A stretch of 32,000 nucleotides of DNA from Erysipelotrichaceae bacterium MTC7. Lineage in GTDB: Bacteria; Bacillota_I; Bacilli_A; Erysipelotrichales; Erysipelotrichaceae. Shown piece after piece: positions 8,821 to 16,239 of the stretch. The translations under genes were made by a program, and so were the position numbers. Location: NCBI GenBank assembly GCA_001695645.1, contig LVZN01000016.1, positions 1 to 32,000 on the forward strand, in the 5' to 3' direction. The notes beneath the pieces are model-generated. The model was not told where the DNA came from, made no database searches, and worked only from the letters and a program-made list of their open reading frames with translations. Position 1 is the first letter of the stretch, and every line of letters starts with the position of its first letter.

Positions 8821-9888
8821 ATGTTTTTCAAAAATATAAAATCTCGATTCAATGAAATCAAAGAGATGGATACAAAAGATCGAAATCGTTTTATTAAGGA
8901 AACGTTAATTAACAACTCGCTTTTGATCTTTATGCTAATTGCAATTATTTATATTCAAATTCAAAGACCACAATTCTTAAGTCGTGAGTCAATTATCAAT
9001 ATTGTTTCATTATCGGCATCGGCGATGCCTTTAGCCTTAGGGGTTGCTGGAGCAATCATCCTAACTGGAACCGATTTATCCGCAGGACGCATTGTAGGAT
9101 TAACCGCATGTATTTCTGCTTCATTGTTGCAAGCAGTGGATTATTCAAACAAAATGTTTCCAGACTTGCCAGCAATTCCAATTATCATTGTCTTCTTATT
9201 GGTTATTGCACTAGGAGCACTGATTGGATTTGTGAATGGTTTCTGTGTGTCTAAATTCTCATTGCACCCATTCATTGTGACACTAGCTACACAATTAATG
9301 GTGTATGGAGTCATTCTTATGTACCTTATGAATGGTGACAACAACGGCCAGTCCATATCCGGGTTATCAAGTGGATTTACCGAGCTGACCAAAGGTAGTT
9401 TATTCAAAATTGGTGGAACACCGGTACCCAATTATGTATTGATGGCCATTGTTTTAACTGGTGTGATGTGGGTTGTTTGGAATAAAACAGCGTTTGGAAA
9501 GAACATGTTCGCTGTTGGGTCAAACCCAGAAGCTGCAAACGTTTCTGGAGTCAATGTTGCCTTAACGATTACACTAGTATTTACCTTAGCTGGAGCTTTG
9601 TATGCATTTTCAGGATTTATTGAAGCCGCACGTATTGGATCAAACTCTGCCAATACAGGATTGAACTATGAACTAGATGCGATTGCTGCTTGTGTTATTG
9701 GTGGTGTATCATTCGTTGGAGGGATTGGGAAAATCCGCGGAGTGGTACTTGGAGTTGTCCTCTTAAAACTGATTTTCGTTGGGTTGAACTTCTTAAGTGT
9801 AAGTGTAAATATGATTTACATTATCAAAGGGTTAATTATCTTAGTTGCTTGTGCAATTGATATGCGTAAATATCTCGTACGAAAATAG
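8821..9888 (+). CDS. mglC: sugar ABC transporter permease (MglC/RbsC family)
   Basis: About 10 hydrophobic helices, a TGTDLSAGR motif and an ELDAIAACVIGG motif typical of BPD_transp_2 sugar permeases. AGGAGG SD. Confidence 0.9.
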   Translation: MFFKNIKSRFNEIKEMDTKDRNRFIKETLINNSLLIFMLIAIIYIQIQRPQFLSRESIINIVSLSASAMPLALGVAGAIILTGTDLSAGRIVGLTACISASLLQAVDYSNKMFPDLPAIPIIIVFLLVIALGALIGFVNGFCVSKFSLHPFIVTLATQLMVYGVILMYLMNGDNNGQSISGLSSGFTELTKGSLFKIGGTPVPNYVLMAIVLTGVMWVVWNKTAFGKNMFAVGSNPEAANVSGVNVALTITLVFTLAGALYAFSGFIEAARIGSNSANTGLNYELDAIAACVIGGVSFVGGIGKIRGVVLGVVLLKLIFVGLNFLSVSVNMIYIIKGLIILVACAIDMRKYLVRK

Positions 9889-9896
9889 GAGGAACT

Positions 9897-10064
9897 ATGG
9901 AAAAAACAATCATTGAAACAACAGTAGAAATTAGTGAAGATAAACCACAGGTTACAAAAATTCAAGGGTTATATGATCGTGTGAACATTCCTGTCAAAGT
10001 GCTTGATCGTGTGATCTTTGGTGGCATTGGTCTAATCATTATGTTGATTCTTATTTCCTTATAG
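9897..10064 (+). CDS. unannotated 55-aa small membrane protein
   Basis: Below the ORF-track length cutoff. ATG at 9897 sits 5 nt after AGGAGG (9888..9893). Translation: MEKTIIETTVEISEDKPQVTKIQGLYDRVNIPVKVLDRVIFGGIGLIIMLILISL, an acidic N-terminus plus one C-terminal TM helix. It exactly fills the mglC-to-next-gene gap. Confidence 0.6.
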   Translation: MEKTIIETTVEISEDKPQVTKIQGLYDRVNIPVKVLDRVIFGGIGLIIMLILISL

Positions 10065-10079
10065 AAAGTTGAGCTATAT

Positions 10080-10469
10080 ATGGAAAAAGTAATTTATCAA
10101 AAACAACCAGAGATAGACTACGACAGTCTGGTTATGGTATTTCATCAAGGTGGAAAACGTTACTTCTCACATTCATTTATTTATCATGGACGTGATGGAA
10201 AGTACTTACAATTCTTTTATAAAGATCCACTTCCTGAAGGTGATTTTCTGAAAGGATGGAATTATTTGGATGATCATTCCTTTCGTATCGTGATGGTTCC
10301 TGAACCTTCGCAAGCTGTGGCAATTGATGACTTTATTGCCGCACATAATCCAATCAGTCAAATCAATGCAATCGAAATTATTGAAATTGGTGGCTTTGAT
10401 GAAATTGATGCGCTGTTGAAAGATCCAAGTATTGCCAGTCAAGAAATCATTTTCTTCGGTCGCAAATAA
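10080..10469 (+). CDS. conserved 129-aa protein of unknown function (copy 1), last gene of the mgl-like operon
   Basis: Complete ORF with no signal peptide or TM helix. Gapless alignment to the ORF at 13662..14051 gives 77/129 identical residues by hand count. No known family recognised. Confidence 0.8.
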   Translation: MEKVIYQKQPEIDYDSLVMVFHQGGKRYFSHSFIYHGRDGKYLQFFYKDPLPEGDFLKGWNYLDDHSFRIVMVPEPSQAVAIDDFIAAHNPISQINAIEIIEIGGFDEIDALLKDPSIASQEIIFFGRK

Positions 10470-10629
10470 GTTAATAATAAAGATGGTGACATCTTATTAT
10501 ACTGGTGACATGGACAAGTGTTGCCAACAATCTTTACTTGTTTAGCGTTCAAGTTTCCTCTATCTTCATGGATAATCTCGACGGAATGCTAAACGAATAC
10601 ACACACACTTACATCTCTCTGTAAGTAAA

Positions 10630-10662
10630 GTTAGGATGCACTTGATGCATCCTAACTTTTTT
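10630..10662 (+). terminator. rho-independent terminator
   Basis: GTTAGGATGCA (10630..10640), loop CTTGA, TGCATCCTAAC (10646..10656), T6 (10657..10662). Confidence 0.9.
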
Positions 10663-10741
10663 ATCGTGATTTGATTCTTTTGAAAAGACTAGACGAAGGT
10701 TTGCTTTACGCGTATACTTTGAATGCAAACCAAAGAAAGAA

Positions 10742-12223
10742 ATGATAATGAATAAATTTACAAACTATGGCTTTGATCAAGAAATCTTAACAGCAATTGA
10801 TAAACTTGGATATGTACAGCCTACCAAGGTACAAGAAGAACTGTTTCCTGTAATTCTTAGCCAACAAGACGCCATTGTGAAATCGCAAACAGGTAGTGGG
10901 AAAACCGCTGCTTTTGCCTTGCCAATTTTACAACAGTTGGATTGGAACATCCGTACACCACAAGTTTTGGTGCTTACACCAACACGAGAACTTGCTTTAC
11001 AAATCAAAGATGACATGTTTCATTTGGGTAGATATAAGCGTATGAACGTACAAGCAGTATTTGGAAAGATGTCATTTGAAGGACAACGCAAACAACTAGC
11101 ACAACGTACACATGTTGTAGTAGGAACACCAGGAAGAGTATTGGATCACTTAATCCAACATACGCTTGATGTCAGTGAAGTTGCCTATTTGGTGATTGAT
11201 GAAGCTGATGAAATGTTCACGATGGGATTTGAAGAAGAAATGCAAAAAATTCTAGAACGTTTACCAAAACAAAGACAAACGATTTTATTGTCGGCAACTT
11301 TGGATGAACGTATTGAAACCTTGTGTCAACAGCAAATGCATCAGCCTGCTTTTATTGATGTTATTTCAAAGCGTAATGTCTTTGATGTGATTGAACAACA
11401 AGCATACGAAGCTGTGGGTGATAAGGATCAATTGTTGGAAGATGTCTTAATGAAGGAAAATCCTGATAGTGCCATTATCTTTTGCAATACGCAAGAGATG
11501 GTCAACCATGTGGCTAATGAAGTGATTGGTTATCCAGAAGCAACAAGGAAACTACATGGTGGGATGGATCAAAAAGATCGAATTCAAGTAATCACAGATT
11601 TTAAACTGGGGTACTTTCGCTATTTGGTGGCAACAGATGTTGCTGCTCGTGGTCTTGATATTGAAAAAGTAGAACTTGTCATAAACTATGACGTTCCAAG
11701 TGATGTACAAACCTATGTTCATCGTATTGGACGAACAGGTCGTAAAGATCAACAAGGAAAAGCAATTACCTTAGTTACACCAAACGAAATGGGAATGCTG
11801 CACAAACTTGAAAGTGAGTTAGCAATTACCCTATCGATGCAACCAACCATTACGGAAGGCATGCGTAAAACATATGAACAAGCATTTGTAAGTAAACGTA
11901 GCCAAAACCGTACATTGGTTAAAGAAAAAAGTTTAGCATTTAAAGAGGATATTATGAAGTTGCATATCAACGCAGGTAAGAAAACCAAGATGCGTCCGGG
12001 TGATGTGGTTGGTGCGATTACATCCATTGAAGGGATACTTGCAACAGATATTGGTGTTATTTCCATTGTAGATGTTTCGACGTTTGTTGAAATCTTAAAT
12101 GGAAAAGGACAGCTTGTCTTTGATGCGCTTCAAGATTTACCCATCAAAGGCCGCATCCGCCGTATCAACAAAGCTAATGTTTCGCAATATGAAATTGATT
12201 ACTACAACCAAGAAAACAAATAA
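10742..12223 (+). CDS. dbpA: DEAD-box ATP-dependent RNA helicase with C-terminal DbpA/YxiN-type RNA-binding domain
   Basis: Motifs SQTGSGKT, PTRELA, DEAD (VIDEADEM), SAT and HRIGRTGR. The C-terminus (MKLHINAGKKTKMRPGDVVGAI...VEILNGKG...INKA) resembles the B. subtilis YxiN RNA-binding domain as I recall it. The start could be 10742 or 10748. Confidence 0.9.
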   Translation: MIMNKFTNYGFDQEILTAIDKLGYVQPTKVQEELFPVILSQQDAIVKSQTGSGKTAAFALPILQQLDWNIRTPQVLVLTPTRELALQIKDDMFHLGRYKRMNVQAVFGKMSFEGQRKQLAQRTHVVVGTPGRVLDHLIQHTLDVSEVAYLVIDEADEMFTMGFEEEMQKILERLPKQRQTILLSATLDERIETLCQQQMHQPAFIDVISKRNVFDVIEQQAYEAVGDKDQLLEDVLMKENPDSAIIFCNTQEMVNHVANEVIGYPEATRKLHGGMDQKDRIQVITDFKLGYFRYLVATDVAARGLDIEKVELVINYDVPSDVQTYVHRIGRTGRKDQQGKAITLVTPNEMGMLHKLESELAITLSMQPTITEGMRKTYEQAFVSKRSQNRTLVKEKSLAFKEDIMKLHINAGKKTKMRPGDVVGAITSIEGILATDIGVISIVDVSTFVEILNGKGQLVFDALQDLPIKGRIRRINKANVSQYEIDYYNQENK

Positions 12224-12227
12224 TAGT

Positions 12228-12263
12228 AAAGCATCGATTATATGTGTAGTCGATGCTTTTCTT
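12228..12263 (+). terminator. rho-independent terminator
   Basis: AAAGCATCGA / TCGATGCTTT arms with a 12-nt loop, followed by TTTTCTT. Confidence 0.8.
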
Positions 12264-12289
12264 ATGCTGATACAATTCGTGTTTCTCAT

Positions 12290-12317
12290 TTGTCTTTTCA
12301 AGAATAACTATTATAAT
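12290..12317 (+). promoter_or_regulatory. candidate sigma-A promoter of the second binding-protein gene
   Basis: TTGTCT (12290..12295), 16-nt spacer, TATAAT (12312..12317). Confidence 0.45.
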
Positions 12318-12415
12318 TAATATGTAATAATGAATATTCGTGGACTGGTGTACATATAAAATTCTGTGTATTAAATTCAGTCAGTGTGTAGGTCAAATAT
12401 TGACAAGGGGAAGCT

Positions 12416-13513
12416 ATGAAATTAAAAAACATTCTAAGTTTATGGATCGTTGGTGTCATGTGTATAGGGCTTGTTGGATGTAAAAGTGAAGAGAAAGAAA
12501 CCACCAAGGAAGCCAGTGTACATGTATTCTATTATGATTATAACGATGTGTATGTATCAACTGTGCGTGAACATCTAGAAACGGATTTCCATAAGAAGCA
12601 GGTTGCTTTTACAGCTTATGATGCTACAGGAGAACAACAAGTTCAACTACAACAAGTAGATCGAGCAATTGAAGATGGCGCTAGTGTGCTTGTTGTGAAT
12701 ATTGTGGAAACCGGAAGTGACGATGCGGCATTAGCTATTATCGAAAAAGCGAAAGCAAAACAATTACCAGTTATTTTCTTCAATCGTGAAGTCTCAGATG
12801 CTGTTGTTGCTGCATATGAAAACTGCGCATTTATTGGTACAGATGCAGCAGAAGCAGGAATCATGCAAGGACAAATGATCGGGGATCACTTATTAGAAAA
12901 CTTTGAGCAATTTGATTTGAATCATGATGGGCAAATTTCATATACTTTGTTTAAAGGTCAAGAGGGAAATGAAGAGGCCATCTACCGGACAAAATATGCA
13001 GTAGAGGAAGCCGATAAAAAGTTACATGCAGCAAATAAAAAACCATTGCTGTATTACGATTCATTAAACAGCAATAAATATCAAGTAGACCAAGATGGAA
13101 CATGGTCAAAAGCAGCTGCAAAGTCGTATTTACAAGAAGCATTGCTTTCTTACAATGAAAGCAATGGTAAGATGATAGAACTTGTGATTTGTAATAACGA
13201 TGACATGGCTTCTGGTGCGATTGAGGCCTTGCAAGAAGTTGGTTACAATCGTATTGGAGAAAATCGCAACATTCCAGTATATGGTGTAGATGCATCAAAT
13301 ACTGCAATAAAACTTATTGATGAAGGTATTATGGCTGGAACCATTAAACAAGATGCTGCAGGAATGGCAAAGTTGATAAGTTTTGCGACTAGCAATAGCA
13401 CAAAGGGAAATACTGCATTTCAAGCAATCGATACTGTTGGTATCAAAGATTTAACCATCGATAAAAAAGTTGCAAAAGCACGCATCCCATATGAAATGTT
13501 TTTTGGAAAATAA
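12416..13513 (+). CDS. second MglB-like substrate-binding lipoprotein, no adjacent permease or ATPase
   Basis: Lipobox LVGC. Long blocks identical to the 6145..7245 product (EASVHVFYYDY, LVVNIVETGSDDAA, FFNREVS, EAGIMQG, FKGQEGN, KYQVDQDGTWS, MIELVICNND, IPVYGVDA, MAGTIKQDA, VAKARIPY). AAGGGGAAG SD. Confidence 0.9.
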   Translation: MKLKNILSLWIVGVMCIGLVGCKSEEKETTKEASVHVFYYDYNDVYVSTVREHLETDFHKKQVAFTAYDATGEQQVQLQQVDRAIEDGASVLVVNIVETGSDDAALAIIEKAKAKQLPVIFFNREVSDAVVAAYENCAFIGTDAAEAGIMQGQMIGDHLLENFEQFDLNHDGQISYTLFKGQEGNEEAIYRTKYAVEEADKKLHAANKKPLLYYDSLNSNKYQVDQDGTWSKAAAKSYLQEALLSYNESNGKMIELVICNNDDMASGAIEALQEVGYNRIGENRNIPVYGVDASNTAIKLIDEGIMAGTIKQDAAGMAKLISFATSNSTKGNTAFQAIDTVGIKDLTIDKKVAKARIPYEMFFGK

Positions 13514-13519
13514 TACAAT

Positions 13520-13551
13520 AAAAAATGGTAGCTGTATTTGCTACTTTTTTT
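13520..13551 (+). terminator. weak terminator-like hairpin
   Basis: GTAGC / GCTAC 5-bp stem with a 7-nt loop, flanked by an A-run and T7. Probably leaky. Confidence 0.45.
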
Positions 13552-13661
13552 CGTGACTGAAAGACTATGCTAGAAATATGAGCCAAGCAAGGGACAAACG
13601 TGTAAAAGTTCGTTAGAATGAAGGTGTACAATTACGTATGTAAGGAAGGGAAATTGAAAGT

Positions 13662-14051
13662 ATGAAAAAAACGATATACCAAAAACAACCAGATTTGAAT
13701 TACAAAAGTTTAGTGATGGTATACTTCGATGGAGAAAATCGTTACATTGCCCACTCGTTTATTCATAACGGAAGGGAAGGAAAGTATTTATCTATCTTGT
13801 ATAAAGATCCATTACCAACTGGAGATTTTATTGCTGGCTGGAATTATTTGGATGACAATTCATTTTCGATGGTCATGATTCCAGAAAAAAACCAAGAGAT
13901 GGCTGTTGAAGATTTCTATGCTGCTTGGAATCCAGAAATGCTGGCACAAGGAATTGAAATTATTGAAGTTAAAGGGTTTGATGAAGTCAATCGTTTAATG
14001 ACAGATCCAGAAATCAACGAACAAGAATTTGTGTTCTTTGGACGCAAATAA
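13662..14051 (+). CDS. conserved 129-aa protein of unknown function (copy 2)
   Basis: Same length as the 10080..10469 product, with 77/129 identity and no gaps. AAGGAAGGGAA SD. No signal peptide or TM helix. Confidence 0.8.
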   Translation: MKKTIYQKQPDLNYKSLVMVYFDGENRYIAHSFIHNGREGKYLSILYKDPLPTGDFIAGWNYLDDNSFSMVMIPEKNQEMAVEDFYAAWNPEMLAQGIEIIEVKGFDEVNRLMTDPEINEQEFVFFGRK

Positions 14052-14114
14052 CAACAAGAAGTTACATGAGGGGTATGCATTCCTTTCATATGAACGTGCT
14101 ATTTGAATTCTAAG

Positions 14115-14146
14115 CCAAGTATGTTTGTACTTGGTTTTCTATTTTG
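14115..14146 (+). terminator. rho-independent terminator
   Basis: CCAAGTA (14115..14121), loop TGTTTG, TACTTGG (14128..14134), then TTTTCTATTTT. Confidence 0.8.
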
Positions 14147-14184
14147 GTACAGGATAGTGTGGTATACTTTTTACAGGTGATATT

Positions 14185-15243
14185 ATGAATAATGAATTTT
14201 TATTAATAGCTTTACTAGCACTGTTAATTGTGTTGCTTCTTGCAGTACTTTTTTTATTGTTGAAGCAAAACAAACACGATGACCATGAGGAACTTGATCG
14301 CATGCAAAAACAATTGCTCGATTTTCAATTGGCCATTAGCCAAAGTGTACGTAACGATATGAATATGTTAAATGAAAACACAACTGATAAATTAACTAAG
14401 ATGCAACAAAGTTTGAATCAACAAGTGAACGTCTCTTTTGAATCAACAGGAAAAGTATTCCGTGAAGTTATGACACAAATCGGTAAAATCGATAAAACCC
14501 AGGAACAATTAACACTGCTATCCCATGACATTTCCAGCTTGCATAGCATTCTCAATGACAAGAAAACACGTGGGATGTATGGGGAAGTAGAACTATACAA
14601 TATCTTAGAAAATGCATTTGGACTGGATTACACAAAGTATGACAAACAGTATAAATTGAGTAACAACCATATTGTGGATGCTATTATCTATGGAAATGAT
14701 GCGTTAGGTAAAATTCCTGTAGATTCTAAATTTCCTTTGGAAAACTTTAATCGATTGATGGATCCAGAGTTGTTGCAAGCACAGAAACAAGTTGTGTATA
14801 ACCAATTCAAGAACGATGTTAAAAAGCACATTGATGCCATTCATACAAAGTATTTGATTAAAGATGAAACAAGTGAATTTGCATATATGTTTATTCCAGC
14901 GGAAGCGATCTTTGCTTATATAACTGCAAATATGGATGAAGTTTTAACCTATGCTTATCAAAAACATGTATACCTTGTTTCGCCGACGACATTGATGGCA
15001 TACATTACAGCAATTAAAGCTTTGTATTTGGGGCAACAAAAAAATGAAAAAATGCAAGAGATACAAACAGAACTGAATAAACTTGCTGTTGAGTTTGATC
15101 GCTTTCATGATCGCTATCAAAGTGTCGCGACGGACATGCAACGCACGCAAAAAGACATGCAAACTGTTTTAATTACAGCAGAGAAAATTGAAAAGCGTTT
15201 TCGTAAAATTGAAGCAGTTGAATTAGAGGAACAAGAACACTAA
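14185..15243 (+). CDS. rmuC: DNA recombination protein RmuC
   Basis: N-terminal TM helix, coiled-coil region and a C-terminal RmuC-type domain (GEVELYNILE...VDAIIY...IPVDSKFPLENF...FAYMFIPAEAIF...YLVSPTTLMAYI). TGgTATACT extended -10 at 14160..14168; AGGTGA SD. Confidence 0.88.
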   Translation: MNNEFLLIALLALLIVLLLAVLFLLLKQNKHDDHEELDRMQKQLLDFQLAISQSVRNDMNMLNENTTDKLTKMQQSLNQQVNVSFESTGKVFREVMTQIGKIDKTQEQLTLLSHDISSLHSILNDKKTRGMYGEVELYNILENAFGLDYTKYDKQYKLSNNHIVDAIIYGNDALGKIPVDSKFPLENFNRLMDPELLQAQKQVVYNQFKNDVKKHIDAIHTKYLIKDETSEFAYMFIPAEAIFAYITANMDEVLTYAYQKHVYLVSPTTLMAYITAIKALYLGQQKNEKMQEIQTELNKLAVEFDRFHDRYQSVATDMQRTQKDMQTVLITAEKIEKRFRKIEAVELEEQEH

Positions 15244-15378
15244 CCAAAAATTCCGGTTCACCTTGAAAATCTTCCAATGTTTACTAGAAAGAAGAAAAAT
15301 CTTTGCAACTGCCGTATACTAAATGTAAGGAAAGAAGACTTAAGTGTTTGATAAGTCTTGCCAAATGGAGGTGATGCG

Positions 15379-15534
15379 ATGGTTAGCAAAGAAGTGAAAG
15401 CAATCAACCAAAGAAACATACAATTACAAAACAATATGAATAAAGGTTGGAGTATTGGACCGATAACCGTTGTATTGATGATGGTATTGTTTGCCATGTA
15501 TATGGCAAGCTTTGGTTTTGGCTGGTGGGGCTAA
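15379..15534 (+). CDS. unannotated 51-aa small membrane protein
   Basis: Below the ORF-track cutoff. ATG 15379 follows GGAGGTGA (15368..15375). Translation: MVSKEVKAINQRNIQLQNNMNKGWSIGPITVVLMMVLFAMYMASFGFGWWG, with one TM helix. A terminator follows. The track's minus-strand ORFs here have no SD. Confidence 0.5.
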   Translation: MVSKEVKAINQRNIQLQNNMNKGWSIGPITVVLMMVLFAMYMASFGFGWWG

Positions 15535-15561
15535 TCTTACCCGAAAAGAAATTAAGATATG

Positions 15562-15593
15562 AGTGAGGGTCATTTTGATACCTCACTTTTCTT
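15562..15593 (+). terminator. rho-independent terminator
   Basis: AGTGAGG (15562..15568) pairs with CCTCACT (15581..15587), followed by TTTTCTT. Confidence 0.7.
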
Positions 15594-15706
15594 ATACCAT
15601 CGTTAACAAAACATGATGTTTTATTAGTATGTGAAGGCTTATCATATGAATAGATGCTAAGGTGTAACTCCGTGTAAACATAATAAAAATATCTGAAACA
15701 AAAAGA

Positions 15707-15735
15707 TTGACATCATAGTTAAGTAGGTGTATTAT
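15707..15735 (+). promoter_or_regulatory. consensus sigma-A promoter of the marR-ABC operon
   Basis: TTGACA (15707..15712), 17-nt spacer, TATTAT (15730..15735). Confidence 0.75.
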
Positions 15736-15768
15736 TGCAATACTTAATAGTTAAGTAACTTAAGTAAT
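15715..15768. promoter_or_regulatory. array of TTAAGTA half-sites (putative MarR operator)
   Basis: ATAGTTAAGTA occurs at 15715..15725 and again at 15747..15757. Palindrome TACTTAA-tag-TTAAGTA spans 15741..15757. Tandem TTAAGTAAC/TTAAGTAAT spans 15751..15768. The sites run from the promoter spacer to the SD. Confidence 0.55.
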
Positions 15769-15780
15769 TGGGAGGTGACT

Positions 15781-16239
15781 ATGCCAAATAAGGATAGAGC
15801 AATACGATTTAGGGAATTAATGTATATGATGCGACGACTCAAACCACACGATGAGTGTTCGAAAGTTAAACACCAAGATATGATGTTTATGAACGGAATT
15901 ATGCGTGCTGGAAAAGGTGAACCGATTAAAGTCAGTCAAATCGCTAAAATGTTTCGTTTTAGTGCTCCTGCGGCAAGTCAAGTCGTACGTCGACTTGAAG
16001 AACGTGGATTTGTCGAACGAATCATTCGTGATGATGATCGACGTAGTGTCTACATTCAAGTGACGGATGATACAAAAAGGGAACTACGTAGAATTGAAGA
16101 TCAAATGAATCAACGGTTGGACCACATCCTTGATTATTTGGGTGATCATGATACGGAAGAATTGATGCGCATTATGGAAAAAGTCGTTCAATATATGGAT
16201 GAAGAAGAGAAAGGAACTTTACATGATAAAAACGTTTAA
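15781..16239 (+). CDS. MarR-family transcriptional regulator
   Basis: Winged-HTH pattern (VSQIAKMFRFSAPAASQVVRRLEERGFVERIIRDDDRRSVYIQVT). I prefer ATG 15781, 5 nt after GGAGG (15771..15775), over the track GTG at 15775. Confidence 0.85.
   Translation: MPNKDRAIRFRELMYMMRRLKPHDECSKVKHQDMMFMNGIMRAGKGEPIKVSQIAKMFRFSAPAASQVVRRLEERGFVERIIRDDDRRSVYIQVTDDTKRELRRIEDQMNQRLDHILDYLGDHDTEELMRIMEKVVQYMDEEEKGTLHDKNV

Noticed and set aside
10596-10608. Short (AC)n microsatellite-like run
   Set aside because: It has only about 5 repeat units and is non-coding. I treat it as part of the structured 3' region, not as a phase-variation tract.
12099-12320. 73-aa + strand ORF overlapping the 3' end of the helicase gene
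   Set aside because: It is out of frame with the helicase C-terminal RNA-binding domain, runs through the terminator hairpin and into the next promoter, and has no SD.
14185-15243. RmuC considered as part of a defence island or novel nuclease system
   Set aside because: It has the ordinary full-length RmuC architecture (TM helix, coiled coil, RmuC domain). It is monocistronic, lying between a terminator and a small ORF. It has no methylase, ATPase, helicase or mobile-element neighbours that would suggest a defence context.
15258-15586. Two minus-strand track ORFs (79 and 60 aa) in the rmuC-marR gap
   Set aside because: They have no SD and oppose the otherwise uniform + orientation. The + strand 51-aa ORF, with GGAGGTGA and its own terminator, explains the region better.
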